Shown here one piece after another: positions 9,544 through 20,190 of a stretch of 64,000 bases of DNA. The DNA is from a virus (taxonomy: Duplodnaviria; Heunggongvirae; Uroviricota; Caudoviricetes). Where the stretch lies: the IMG/VR virus record IMGVR_UViG_3300042465_005697, positions 28,280 through 92,279 of that record; one strand, 5' to 3'. The notes under the pieces are model-generated. The model made no database searches. It was not told the DNA's origin and saw only the letters and a program-made list of their open reading frames with translations. Positions within the stretch are counted from its first letter, which is position 1; each line of letters starts with the position of its first letter. The position numbers were made by a program, and so were the translations under genes.

Positions 9544-10185
9544 GTGAGTATGGTTAATATTGAACAAATCGTTAGAAAAGTTTTAAATGAAACTTATAAT
9601 CCCAAATCTATGGTGATTGTGGAGGATGTTAAAACATCTAGTAATTTGGATTACCACATTAAAAATAATTTAACAATTTCCGAAAATATCTTTAGACCAT
9701 ATTCGGATAGTTACTTTAATTTAGTTTGTGAGGTTAGAGAATTATATAATAACGGATCCATTGATTTACCTAAGAATGATTTATGGTTAATTGAAACGGA
9801 TCTTGGTAATGTCGTTAAATTAACGAATGGGGAATATGTTTCATTGGATTGTCCTTATTTGATTGAGGATAATGAATTGTTATCTGAAGCTGAATATCAA
9901 GGTAAGAAGGTGAAGGTTGGTTATCCAATGAGAGATTCTGGAGGAAAGAAGAAATATAAGGTTTATGTTAAAAATCCAAGTACTGGAAATATTAAAAAAA
10001 TCACATTTGGTGATGTACACGGGGGTTTAACTGCCAAGGTATCCAATCCTAAGGCAAGAAAAAGTTTTGCTGCTAGACATAAGTGTAAAGACAAAAAAGA
10101 TAGGACTAAGGCTGGTTATTGGGCGTGTAGAATAAATAAATATGGTCACCTATGGGGTAATCGCACTTATCCGGGGTATTGGTAA
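9544..10185 (+). CDS. hypothetical protein
   Basis: 213-aa ORF; basic C-terminus. Confidence 0.55.
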   Translation: MSMVNIEQIVRKVLNETYNPKSMVIVEDVKTSSNLDYHIKNNLTISENIFRPYSDSYFNLVCEVRELYNNGSIDLPKNDLWLIETDLGNVVKLTNGEYVSLDCPYLIEDNELLSEAEYQGKKVKVGYPMRDSGGKKKYKVYVKNPSTGNIKKITFGDVHGGLTAKVSNPKARKSFAARHKCKDKKDRTKAGYWACRINKYGHLWGNRTYPGYW

Positions 10186-10187
10186 TT

Positions 10188-10805
10188 ATGAAATATACTG
10201 AAGAATATTTAGATAAAACTGAGAAAATGATTAATAGATTTATATCTAAATACAGACCATTTTCTGATGATAATTTTATTGGATATAGAGCAATTATTGG
10301 TCAAGAAATATATTCTGATTATTTAACGGTTAACTTAACGGGGGTGTTTGAAAATCCATTTAGTAGAGACTCTTCAGATACTGCAAATCATAATACAATA
10401 ACGTTAATTAGACTTTTAAGAAATACATTTCCCTTTTTAAAAGGTGCAAGTATTACAGGAGGAAGTACCTCTACTAACGATTCATATCTTAACCGTATTA
10501 AATATGAAAAACGATGGTTAGGTAGGGACGTAGTTGAATCCCATACACCATACAAACAAACAATAAAAGACGGAATAAAAACACGTAAATTTGATCAGAA
10601 CATTGACGAACACGAACTTAAATGGCATCGTGATGAAAGTGATCGTGTGGTTAAAGTTGTTAAGGGTAATGGTTGGAAATTCCAAATGGATAATGAATTA
10701 CCGATAACATTAAAAGAAGGGGACAGAATAACCATCCCCTCTGAAACATATCATAGAGTGATTAGGGGCACAGGTGATTTAATTATAAAGATCAAAGAAC
10801 TTTAA
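10188..10805 (+). CDS. hypothetical protein
   Basis: ORF-track start 10179 is TTG; first ATG at 10188 (MKYTEEY...). Confidence 0.5.
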   Translation: MKYTEEYLDKTEKMINRFISKYRPFSDDNFIGYRAIIGQEIYSDYLTVNLTGVFENPFSRDSSDTANHNTITLIRLLRNTFPFLKGASITGGSTSTNDSYLNRIKYEKRWLGRDVVESHTPYKQTIKDGIKTRKFDQNIDEHELKWHRDESDRVVKVVKGNGWKFQMDNELPITLKEGDRITIPSETYHRVIRGTGDLIIKIKEL

Positions 10806-11765
10806 TTATTTCACAATAACATAATCAACAGACAAAAGGGATTTCAACTTGGAAGGGTTACCTCCACCATAAGAGATTGCACTTTGTAACGATTCCTCAA
10901 TAGATTTTAATTTAACAAATATTGATTCTTGTTTAAATGGGACTAATTTCTTAATTCCCTCAACTCTTTCATTTTTTCCTGTTTGTTCTGACGATGCTGA
11001 TCCCCAAAATGTTTTATACCAAACATTATCAACTTGTTTTAATTTTCCTGGAGATTCTTCATACCCGGCAAACATTCCACCAACCATAACCATATCGGCA
11101 CCCAAAACCAAACTTTTAACAATGTCCGAATGTTCTTTAATTGACCCATCAGCAATAATTGGTTTTTTTGCTACCTCACAACAATCTTTAATCATATTTG
11201 CTTGCCACCCACGATTACCAAATCCGGTTGAATGATATGTTGTACAGGCAGATCCTCCACCAATACCACATTTAACTGAATCACAACCCCATTTCTCAAG
11301 ATCAATTACACCTTCAGGTGTTGATACATTACCACCAATGATAAACGTATTCATCATTTTCTTTCTAAGGTGGGTAACCATTTTTTTCATTTTTATTGAA
11401 TGTCCGTGGGCAATATCAATTGTAATAAAATCGGGAAATAGATTTTTGGATATTAGTTCGTCTATCAAAGTATAAGAGTCATCATTAACACCTATTGAGA
11501 TGGAAGTCATTAATCCCATTTCCTTCATTACGGTAACAAATTCAACCACATCAGTTCCAAATCTATGTAAGATATAGAAATACCCTTCCCTAACTAGTTT
11601 TATTGCCAATGAGGTATCAATAATACTTTCCATATTTGCAGGAACCACAGGTAGTTTAAATTTAAACCCACCAAATTTTGTTGTAACGTCACATTCGGAT
11701 CTGGATTCAACTACACTATATTTAGGGATTAATGTTATATCCTCAAAATCAAATTTTTTCTTCAT
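10806..11765 (-). CDS. guaC: GMP reductase (IMPDH/GMPR family), auxiliary nucleotide-metabolism gene
   Basis: 319 aa; DITLIP...S, IDIAHGHS, GGNV, CGIGGGSxCTT, ADGSI, GADMVMVGG motifs align along the length with bacterial GuaC. Confidence 0.8.
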   Translation of the reverse strand: MKKKFDFEDITLIPKYSVVESRSECDVTTKFGGFKFKLPVVPANMESIIDTSLAIKLVREGYFYILHRFGTDVVEFVTVMKEMGLMTSISIGVNDDSYTLIDELISKNLFPDFITIDIAHGHSIKMKKMVTHLRKKMMNTFIIGGNVSTPEGVIDLEKWGCDSVKCGIGGGSACTTYHSTGFGNRGWQANMIKDCCEVAKKPIIADGSIKEHSDIVKSLVLGADMVMVGGMFAGYEESPGKLKQVDNVWYKTFWGSASSEQTGKNERVEGIKKLVPFKQESIFVKLKSIEESLQSAISYGGGNPSKLKSLLSVDYVIVK

Positions 11766-11824
11766 ATTTATTTAAAAGTATTTAGTTTAAACATTCAAGA
11801 AAAATAATCGTTATATTTATTACT

Positions 11825-12439
11825 ATGAACATCAGGGAAACAATAAAGAAAATAATCAATGAAGACAATAGGATGAGAGGTAATATTCGTCAGATAGTAA
11901 GGGATATTGTAATCGTATTTAAAAATGAAGATGAGGGAGAATTCCAATTACCTGAATATTTTGAGGATCGTGATGAAATGGTTTATAACTTTGTTGGGTT
12001 ACCAGTTCCATTATCCGTTGAAGTTGATTTAAATGTTGATGAATCAATTGATGGTTATGAGTTGGATGCTGATTATTATAGAGAAGAACATACTATCAAT
12101 CTTAGAATAACTTATAATCCAGAAGAAAAGTCCCAATCAATGTATGATATGATTGGTGAATTAAATGAACTAATTGCTCACGAATTAAAACACACAAGAC
12201 AACGAGTTACCGGTAATTATGATCTTGATGTTGAGGAACCTGAAGAACCCTTACAATATTACACACAACCCCACGAAATTGATGCACAATACTTTGGGTT
12301 TAAAAGACTTTCAAGATTAACAAGAAAACCATTTGAAGAAATTGTTAGAAATTGGTTTGATACACATCAAACACAACACGGATTAACGGATGATGAATCG
12401 GAGATTGTTATCGGTAAAATATTAAAACACAAAAATTAA
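11825..12439 (+). CDS. hypothetical protein
   Basis: 204-aa ORF. Confidence 0.5.
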   Translation: MNIRETIKKIINEDNRMRGNIRQIVRDIVIVFKNEDEGEFQLPEYFEDRDEMVYNFVGLPVPLSVEVDLNVDESIDGYELDADYYREEHTINLRITYNPEEKSQSMYDMIGELNELIAHELKHTRQRVTGNYDLDVEEPEEPLQYYTQPHEIDAQYFGFKRLSRLTRKPFEEIVRNWFDTHQTQHGLTDDESEIVIGKILKHKN

Positions 12440-12451
12440 TGGGAATTGGGG

Positions 12452-13072
12452 TTAACCTCTAAATCTATTAACAATCTTTTTTATTAACTCCCTAACAATT
12501 GCACTTGATCCAATAATTGCACCATAACTCAAAATTCTTTTAATTATTTGATTTACGGTATTTTGATCATACCCTGTTTGTGCCATTTCATATAGTTGTG
12601 GTAATAATGGAATAAGAAATGTATATGCTAACATATTTGCCATTTTACCCATCGTAATATTTAAACTACTAACAAATGATAAGAATGTGTCCTTTAAATT
12701 AGATGTCGCACTTAACACCTCATCAAAAACATTAACCAAACCTTTTTCTTTAATTGTTTCAAGAATTTTTGATAATGCCTTTTTATTTGAAGTGTAATAA
12801 GTAACCATTGCTCCTGTAATCAATAGTGATATGTCCAAACTTGTTAGTTCAGGGTGTTTACCCTCAATATATTGTGATACTGGCATCATAAGACCACCAA
12901 GTGTTGAACCCCAACTCATTAAGAACTCAAAATCAAGTCCTGTTGTGTCCCGTGTTTCTTTTAAAACCTTTTCGGTAAATTTTTTCATTGACCTATAAGA
13001 TCTTACGATTGATTCCGAAACACCCTCATTGAGTAGTGATCTATTCTGATTTTCTGTGATTATTATTTTCAT
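12452..13072 (-). CDS. hypothetical protein (N-term MKIIITENQNRSLL, paralogous N-terminus to 1324..1935)
   Basis: 206-aa ORF. Confidence 0.5.
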   Translation of the reverse strand: MKIIITENQNRSLLNEGVSESIVRSYRSMKKFTEKVLKETRDTTGLDFEFLMSWGSTLGGLMMPVSQYIEGKHPELTSLDISLLITGAMVTYYTSNKKALSKILETIKEKGLVNVFDEVLSATSNLKDTFLSFVSSLNITMGKMANMLAYTFLIPLLPQLYEMAQTGYDQNTVNQIIKRILSYGAIIGSSAIVRELIKKIVNRFRG

Positions 13073-13109
13073 AATTTATAATAATAAATATATTGATATA
13101 TTTATTTGT

Positions 13110-13763
13110 ATGGCAAATTTAAATTTAAATCCAGAATTGGAAAATGGGGATAGAGTAATCTGTATCTCAATGGATGATATGTATTCTCCTGTTCATATGG
13201 GAACACCAGGAACTGTAATGACTAAAAGTGTTGTTTTTGGTGATACTCAATATTATGTTGCTTGGGATAATGGATCCAAATTGGCACTTATTGCTGGTGT
13301 TGATAAGTGGGTTAGAGAAGAGGATATGAAGGGTAGAAGAAAGAAGACTGAAGAATCTGTTATGGAAACAACTAAAAAAGGTTTTTTAAAAGAAAACTTT
13401 TTCCAACAAAATAAAGAGTTGTTTAAATATTTTAATCACGCATTTTTACACAAATACCTAAAAAGTTTGAGAGAGTCTGGTGTTGTTAATATGTTAGGGG
13501 CGGCACCTTATTTTGTTCTTGGTTCGGAAAGAGTTGCTCACGAACATCATTATGATGATAATAAAAATGAGGAAGCATTTGAGGAAGTGGTTGAAATGGC
13601 TGATCAGGCAAGAGATGAAATGATTAGAGGTGCAATGAAACTACTTGAAGCAGAAGGAAAAGAAATCACACCAGAATCGGTTAAAAAAATAATGGATATT
13701 TATTCAAGAAAGATGGTAATGGCTTACACCAAATTTGCCGGAGGATATTTAAACACTAATTAA
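13110..13763 (+). CDS. hypothetical protein
   Basis: Likely start MANLNLNPELENG inside ORF 13056..13763. Confidence 0.5.
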   Translation: MANLNLNPELENGDRVICISMDDMYSPVHMGTPGTVMTKSVVFGDTQYYVAWDNGSKLALIAGVDKWVREEDMKGRRKKTEESVMETTKKGFLKENFFQQNKELFKYFNHAFLHKYLKSLRESGVVNMLGAAPYFVLGSERVAHEHHYDDNKNEEAFEEVVEMADQARDEMIRGAMKLLEAEGKEITPESVKKIMDIYSRKMVMAYTKFAGGYLNTN

Positions 13764-13788
13764 TGATATTTATATAAAAACAAAAACT

Positions 13789-14499
13789 ATGGCACAATAT
13801 TTTTTCGGGATGACCCAAGCAGAAAAAAACGATATTTTAGAACAACACAAAACCATTTATGATGGTTATGTGACTGAATACGGACAAGGAAGTAATGAAA
13901 CACCGTTATATGTTCAAGACTTTGCAAACGATAAACAAGGAATTACCGTATCCAATAAGGGTGTTGTTAAACCATATACCAATATGGGAATTAACGAATC
14001 TGATCTACCATTAGATATGATTGGTGATGGTGAGGATGACTTAATTAACGGAACAGTTGATATTGATGGTGAAAACCGTTTTGAAGATGAGGATATTGAA
14101 TACATATCATTAGGTCTAAACGATGATGGTGATTACGATGATTATGCTGATGAAGATTATGACGATAAGTTTGATAAAGAATCTCAAGAAATTAAAAGAA
14201 TAAATAGAGACTTAGGTAAAGACGAAGACGAATTAGATGAAGGGTGGGATGATCATAAAATGAAACGACGTTATGATGATTATGACCCAGCAAACTTTAG
14301 AAAAATACCAAAAACTTTTCGACCAGGAATGGAGGATTATGAAGGAACAGAATTAATTAGTCGTGATGATGATGAAGAGTTTGATATGTTTGACGATATT
14401 GATTTTTCAGGTGAGGTTGATGAAGACATTTTACCGGAATTTACGGAGAAGTTGAACGAGTCTTTGGATATGTTTAAAAGATTCAAAAATTACAACTAA
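13789..14499 (+). CDS. hypothetical highly acidic protein (D/E/Y-rich)
   Basis: 236-aa ORF; shares DEDYDDKFDKESQEI(K/E)RI segment with 51611..53056. Confidence 0.5.
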   Translation: MAQYFFGMTQAEKNDILEQHKTIYDGYVTEYGQGSNETPLYVQDFANDKQGITVSNKGVVKPYTNMGINESDLPLDMIGDGEDDLINGTVDIDGENRFEDEDIEYISLGLNDDGDYDDYADEDYDDKFDKESQEIKRINRDLGKDEDELDEGWDDHKMKRRYDDYDPANFRKIPKTFRPGMEDYEGTELISRDDDEEFDMFDDIDFSGEVDEDILPEFTEKLNESLDMFKRFKNYN

Positions 14500-14537
14500 C
14501 ATTTCTTTTAAAGAAAAATAAGTTAATTTAAGGTTAA

Positions 14538-14840
14538 ATGGAAATTAATGAAATCATATCGTATTACATTCAAGATAATACAAGAAGATTAGAAGTTTCG
14601 TTCAGATTAATCAATGATGATGAAGATGAGGTTAGAAACGATATTATTAGTATTGAAGATGCCGAAAGTTTTGGATATAATCTAATTCAAGAGGGGTTTG
14701 ATATCTTTGATGATGAAGACGAGGAAGAATTTGACGATTTTGACGATTTTGAAACAATAGATGAAGAAATATTAATAAATTACCTGAACGAATATTATAT
14801 CGTTAACCCAAAAAGACTTCCAAAGACAGAATTATTTTAA
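14538..14840 (+). CDS. hypothetical acidic protein
   Basis: 100-aa ORF. Confidence 0.45.
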   Translation: MEINEIISYYIQDNTRRLEVSFRLINDDEDEVRNDIISIEDAESFGYNLIQEGFDIFDDEDEEEFDDFDDFETIDEEILINYLNEYYIVNPKRLPKTELF

Positions 14841-15082
14841 ATTGATTCCATATACTCATCTATCAACCTAAATAATATTGGGTTGGATCTACCCATTCTA
14901 AAATTTAAAAATAAATGATCGTCATCCCCAAATTTATCGTCCAATTGTTTGGATTGGGGTTTAAATTCTCTAATATAATCATCAATTATACCTTCATAAT
15001 TAATTTCGTCCATATTAACCTCCTTCACTAACCAATCAGTATCTGAGTTATGGGTAGTAAAACATAATTTAACTTTTGTCAT
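14837..15082 (-). CDS. hypothetical small protein
   Basis: 81-aa ORF. Confidence 0.35.
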   Translation of the reverse strand: MTKVKLCFTTHNSDTDWLVKEVNMDEINYEGIIDDYIREFKPQSKQLDDKFGDDDHLFLNFRMGRSNPILFRLIDEYMESI

Positions 15083-15109
15083 ATTGTCTATTTTAAATGA
15101 GTTGATCCA

Positions 15110-15616
15110 TTAAGGACCAACTCTTGTTAAAAATAATGTTACAGACATATCAGATCCAGCATTACCACTTGCCCAAGTACCTGTAGTTCTCAATACCAAT
15201 GACTCGGCACCATCATCAATAATCTTCAAAGTTCTAACAGAACCATTAATATCACATTGAATGTATCCAAGATCATATTGAGTTGTTTGACCGTGAACGT
15301 AGTATGTATATTCCTTAGTCCAATTAACTGACCCATCAGCGTTATTGATAGGGTTGAATCTAATCATACTGTAGTCCATTGAGATACGAGTAAAACCTAC
15401 CTGAATAGAATCCATCGGAAACACCTCACTTGGGTTAACATACAAGTCACCAGGGTAATAAACCATATTATTACTTGATGCAGTGTTATCCACTTCTTCG
15501 TAAGTGATTTTATCCACTCTGTATTCACCACTTAAACTAAGTAATGGTGATTGTTCGTACTTAACACAAGAAGTAAGTAAAAAAAACGATACTAAAACAT
15601 ATACAAGACTTTTCAT
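15110..15616 (-). CDS. putative lipoprotein
   Basis: Internal start MKSLVYVLVSFFLLTSC = signal peptide with lipobox (LTSC); upstream part of ORF 15110..15742 is AT-rich low complexity. Confidence 0.5.
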   Translation of the reverse strand: MKSLVYVLVSFFLLTSCVKYEQSPLLSLSGEYRVDKITYEEVDNTASSNNMVYYPGDLYVNPSEVFPMDSIQVGFTRISMDYSMIRFNPINNADGSVNWTKEYTYYVHGQTTQYDLGYIQCDINGSVRTLKIIDDGAESLVLRTTGTWASGNAGSDMSVTLFLTRVGP

Positions 15617-15689
15617 AATTCTATTTTTTATTAGGTTATAATACAAAGATACAATAATTTTATTAATCCACAAGTATTTATATAAATAT

Positions 15690-15935
15690 ATGGAAACAAA
15701 CTTAGACGAATTAATATATTTAATGAAAAAATTTACCATCAATAGTAATAATGGTGAAATTGGGGAACAAGATGATGCACCTGCGGCAGCACCTTCGGGT
15801 GGTGGTGAGGGTTATCCAACTGTTACAAAATGGGAAACAGGGTTAGTTAGAAGCGTTGCAAATACAATTGACGATAAGGTAACTTGGAAGTCTCTTAATA
15901 AAATTGTTAGAGGGAAAGGAAATACATTGTTATGA
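15690..15935 (+). CDS. hypothetical small protein
   Basis: 81-aa ORF. Confidence 0.4.
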   Translation: METNLDELIYLMKKFTINSNNGEIGEQDDAPAAAPSGGGEGYPTVTKWETGLVRSVANTIDDKVTWKSLNKIVRGKGNTLL

Positions 15936-16777
15936 AAAATGCTGACGAACTATTAAAACGAATACTTCTTAATATGAAGTATGATTCAAGAAAAACTTTG
16001 GTTGAAAATAAAGAGTATATTTTTGAGGCTAACGTTATACCTGTTAATACACCATTAACACAAGGAATTGTTGGTAATGTAAGAAGTGAAAAATATCCTG
16101 AATTAGGTAAATGGGGGGATGGAAATTGTAAATGTTCCTACACCGATAAATTAGTGTTTGATAAGTCTTGTTGTAAAACACCAACGATTACTGTTGGACC
16201 TACTGAATTTTTGGGAAACATAGACGATACTATTGATAATGACAATAAAGGAAAAAATGTGATAGATTATTACGGTAACCCATTAACATTACCTCCAGGT
16301 ACAACGGAAATTAGAACATTTACTAAATGGGATCCGTCAATTGGGGGATTAATGTCCGACCCTAAATTAGCCTCTAAAACATTTCCAAAATTTATGGAAC
16401 TTTGTCAATCAATTAGTGCGCCTAATATTAATAAATGTATTACAGATACCGCCACTTCATTTATAAATAAATTATCTGAGGGTGGTGTTACGTCTTTTAA
16501 AAATGGTGGTAGATTTTATAGAGGATGTTATCCGGTTAAAAAAAGTGGGACATTTCTTAACCCAAACGATATTAAAATAGAAAATTATGTTGGGTCATTA
16601 CCTAATGAAATAACCCCTAAAGATATGTATTCTGGGTGTGTTGGAGTTATTTGGGGTGAAGTAAGTCAAGATAAATCAGATTTAAAGAATAAACAAGGTA
16701 AAGCATATTCAACAGGTGAGGGTGAAGCGTACGATTCAAATGCGGGTGGTGAACTTATGTTGGGGTTAGATTTATAA
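15932..16777 (+). CDS. hypothetical Cys-containing protein
   Basis: 281-aa ORF, ATGA overlap with upstream ORF. Confidence 0.5.
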   Translation: MKNADELLKRILLNMKYDSRKTLVENKEYIFEANVIPVNTPLTQGIVGNVRSEKYPELGKWGDGNCKCSYTDKLVFDKSCCKTPTITVGPTEFLGNIDDTIDNDNKGKNVIDYYGNPLTLPPGTTEIRTFTKWDPSIGGLMSDPKLASKTFPKFMELCQSISAPNINKCITDTATSFINKLSEGGVTSFKNGGRFYRGCYPVKKSGTFLNPNDIKIENYVGSLPNEITPKDMYSGCVGVIWGEVSQDKSDLKNKQGKAYSTGEGEAYDSNAGGELMLGLDL

Positions 16778-16784
16778 TTATTTT

Positions 16785-18689
16785 ATGAAAAAAAACATTA
16801 TTTTAGAATTAGACAGAATAAAATCTTTAATGAAGATTATTGTTGAACAGGGTAGTGCCGACATCAATATTGATAGAATGGCACAAGACCAACTTGTGGA
16901 TGCTCCGGATAGTTTTGGACCTATGGATCAATATAATACAATTAAAATTGGTGAAGGAACTAAATACCCAGTTATTTATCCTGATTATAATACTATAATT
17001 ATGGGGGATCCTGACCCCCATTTAAAACAAGCAGTAGGTAATATCAGTGCATCTAATTTTATTAAAGATGTTAAAATTGATGATAATGGTGAGGAATATA
17101 TTATAAAAAACGGTAAAAAATATTGTTTACCAACAAAAACATCAGGATTTTGGAAACTTCTTTCAAATGGTAAATTTGTTTACCAATTTAGTAATCCTAA
17201 AAATGGTCTTATCTTCTCAATGTTTATAACCCCTAAACCATCGGTTACGTTACCAATGTTAAATTCTGACGGTGTTCCTGTAGATGAAACAATGACTGGT
17301 GTGGAAGCGGCAATAAGATGTGCAGGTGGAGATAATGGTTGGGGTTTCCATTATAAAGATGGTAATCTTTTTTGGGGTAAAGATGGTAAATCATATGATC
17401 CTACTAACCCCGAACATTTTGACAATAGATCAACATTTGATGAATGGTGGGATAAATGGGGTTTAGTGGTTGAAGTTGTTATTGGTTTGGCAGCGGCATT
17501 TACAGGTGCAGGATTGGCGGCATTTCTTGTTGAGGCTGGTATTGTTGAAGGGGCATTTGCAACTGCGTATGTTGGAGGAAGTAGTGAAACCATTTTATCT
17601 GTTGTGTTACAAGCGGGAGTTGAGGCGGGTCTTATGGCACCTATAGCAAAATATCAATGGGATAGAGGTAAAGAAAGTGATGCAATATTATCAATAGCAT
17701 TTTGTTTCTTACCTTTTTTAACAGAATTAGGGTCAGTTCAAAAATATATTAAGGGTGGAATATCTCCGAACACTACCAAATCATTATCGGAAAAATTTCT
17801 ATCTAATGGTGGATCTTCAGGAATATACGCATCTAAAGAAGCTTACGAATCATATTTAGAGTCTTTAACAGGTACTGAATTGGGATTATGGAAAGCCACG
17901 GTAGAGCAACTATCAACAAAACAAGGGGCTGACCAATATAAAGAAACATTAAAAGGGTATTTAATAAAAAATCAAAGTAAAATAAATAATACAATATTAG
18001 ACCATAAAGTTTGGGTGGACCAAATGGATGATCTAACCGCAGGTCAATTTAGTAAAAAAGTTTTAAACCAAAACATAATAACAGGTAAAGGGGCTATTGC
18101 GCAACTATTAAGAATTGGTATTCCAATTGCTGGTGTTGCAATTGGGTTTACCCAAATATATAATAAACTTAAATCTATGGGGTATAATGATACCCAAATT
18201 GAGAAGATCTCAAATAAATTAGAAACTTCATTAAATAATAGTGAATATTTTAAAGGGTTAATTAAAATTGATTCTGAATTATATCAGAAATTAGTTGAGG
18301 AGTTAATACGAACTAAAATATTATCAGATAAAAAAATACCGGATAGCATATTACAAAATTCTATGAGTGATCCTGAACTTAATAATTTAGTTGAACAAAG
18401 TGCAATTAAATTAATAAAGGAACGTCCTGAATATTCTGAAGTTTTTGATATACCAATAGATGTTACACAAGAAGAAATATTAACACTTTTTAAAAAGAGA
18501 ATATTAAAACATCTTAAGGTTAATGGACATGAAAATATTAAATTTACGGATGAAGTTCCATTTAAAACTTACAATTTTACGTCCAATAAAACACAAAACG
18601 GGGTTGTTACGGTAAAAGTGCCGACATATTTTAAAACAGATTTGGATGTTTTAAAATATGATATGTCTGGTTTAGAAATTACGGAATAA
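16785..18689 (+). CDS. large hypothetical protein with central Gly/Ala-rich hydrophobic (TM-like) region
   Basis: 634 aa; N-term MKKNIILELDRIKSLMKIIVE motif; segment VVEVVIGLAAAFTGAGLAAFLVEAGIVEGAFATAYVGG. Confidence 0.55.
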   Translation: MKKNIILELDRIKSLMKIIVEQGSADINIDRMAQDQLVDAPDSFGPMDQYNTIKIGEGTKYPVIYPDYNTIIMGDPDPHLKQAVGNISASNFIKDVKIDDNGEEYIIKNGKKYCLPTKTSGFWKLLSNGKFVYQFSNPKNGLIFSMFITPKPSVTLPMLNSDGVPVDETMTGVEAAIRCAGGDNGWGFHYKDGNLFWGKDGKSYDPTNPEHFDNRSTFDEWWDKWGLVVEVVIGLAAAFTGAGLAAFLVEAGIVEGAFATAYVGGSSETILSVVLQAGVEAGLMAPIAKYQWDRGKESDAILSIAFCFLPFLTELGSVQKYIKGGISPNTTKSLSEKFLSNGGSSGIYASKEAYESYLESLTGTELGLWKATVEQLSTKQGADQYKETLKGYLIKNQSKINNTILDHKVWVDQMDDLTAGQFSKKVLNQNIITGKGAIAQLLRIGIPIAGVAIGFTQIYNKLKSMGYNDTQIEKISNKLETSLNNSEYFKGLIKIDSELYQKLVEELIRTKILSDKKIPDSILQNSMSDPELNNLVEQSAIKLIKERPEYSEVFDIPIDVTQEEILTLFKKRILKHLKVNGHENIKFTDEVPFKTYNFTSNKTQNGVVTVKVPTYFKTDLDVLKYDMSGLEITE

Positions 18690-18690
18690 T

Positions 18691-20133
18691 ATGATTTTAA
18701 CTGAAGAAATAAATAGAATAAAAAAAATGATGGGTCTGAACCTTTTAAATGAAGGTTGGGATGATATCTTTAAGAAACTTTTTGGAGTATCAGATGAAAC
18801 TGTTACTGTTATATCAAAAGAATTTGGGGATGATCCTGGAAAATATTCATCAAAATTGGCATCAATTGTTGGGGGTACCGGAAGTATTTCCGATGTTACA
18901 ACCTATTTGTCAAGACAAGGTACTGGAACTTCAGATGAGGCAATAGTTGCTTGGATTAAAACACAACCAGAAATTATAGATCAAATTGCAAGAAATTCTG
19001 ATGAAGTAATGAAAAAAGCAAGTAAGATTGTGTATGGTAAATTACAATTATCCGAATTTTTAACACCTAACGCCCTTGATGTTATTAATACAACATTATT
19101 AATTAAGTTGGAAGAGGATTCTGTAGATGTTATTATAAAATATATTGACAAATGTTTAGATGTTTTAACTAAACTACCTCAACGAGGAAATAATTCCGAT
19201 TTGGATACTTTAATTAAACAATTGGAAGACAAAAAAAGATTGTCGGAAAATTATAAAAGTTCTATGAGTTCTTCGCCTGTTGTTAAAACGACAGATGAAT
19301 TCACCCCATCACCAACCGCAAAATCTTATCTTGAAACATTCGCTTATAATAATTCCAATAGTTTTATTCAAATGGCAACAGGTAAACCGATGAGTGGTTG
19401 GAAAATTCATATTTATGGTGATAGTGTTGAAGATTCGGCAAAATTAATTACCAAATTAGATGATTATTTAAAATCAACCGAATCGTTTTATAAAATTGCA
19501 ACCGATAAATTTTACAAAAATTCTTCAGGGACAAAACAACAAGGTAAGGCATTAACAATTTACATACCTTACGATGTGGTTAAAAGTGGAAAACAAAAAG
19601 AATATTTTGATGGGATTAGTCAGAAATTAGGGAATTATAATAAAACTGGTGATATATCTGGTGATAAATCATATAATGGTGTCATACATTATAGATACGA
19701 ATATAAAGAACCATTTGATACATTACCTGAAGGTGGGGTAACAATTGGAGATGCGGGTAAATACTATGAAAGTAATGAAGGTGATTATATGTCGGGGACA
19801 GGTGATAAACAACCCGATTTATTTAATAGGTCTTCAACAACCGATAGTCCAATCGTTAAACAAACAACAGATTTTTTATCCGGAAAAAGAATATCAAATA
19901 GATCATTTAATGAATCGGACATAGATTGGGCAAATATAACAAATGCCAAAAGTGTGGACGATTATAATAAAATTATTGCAAACGCTATTCAAACGGGGGA
20001 TTATAGTAGAGTATCTAGAAGTGGATTTGAACGGTATGGGATTGATAATTTTAGAGAATATCTAATGAATAATATTTCAAAAGTTAATGAGGTTGATCCA
20101 TCAATAGGTAGATGGAGCGTTAATTTTAAATAA
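18691..20133 (+). CDS. hypothetical protein, paralog A of tandem pair
   Basis: 480 aa; first ~190 aa near-identical to 20191..21564. Confidence 0.55.
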   Translation: MILTEEINRIKKMMGLNLLNEGWDDIFKKLFGVSDETVTVISKEFGDDPGKYSSKLASIVGGTGSISDVTTYLSRQGTGTSDEAIVAWIKTQPEIIDQIARNSDEVMKKASKIVYGKLQLSEFLTPNALDVINTTLLIKLEEDSVDVIIKYIDKCLDVLTKLPQRGNNSDLDTLIKQLEDKKRLSENYKSSMSSSPVVKTTDEFTPSPTAKSYLETFAYNNSNSFIQMATGKPMSGWKIHIYGDSVEDSAKLITKLDDYLKSTESFYKIATDKFYKNSSGTKQQGKALTIYIPYDVVKSGKQKEYFDGISQKLGNYNKTGDISGDKSYNGVIHYRYEYKEPFDTLPEGGVTIGDAGKYYESNEGDYMSGTGDKQPDLFNRSSTTDSPIVKQTTDFLSGKRISNRSFNESDIDWANITNAKSVDDYNKIIANAIQTGDYSRVSRSGFERYGIDNFREYLMNNISKVNEVDPSIGRWSVNFK

Positions 20134-20190
20134 ACAAGATAATAACTTAACTTTTTTGTAGGTTAAGGTATTTATAATAAAAGATTTAAT

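Noticed and set aside
10179-10187. ORF-track start at 10179 for MVIMKYTEEY
   Set aside because: Codon 10179 is TTG overlapping the upstream stop. The first ATG at 10188 is used instead.
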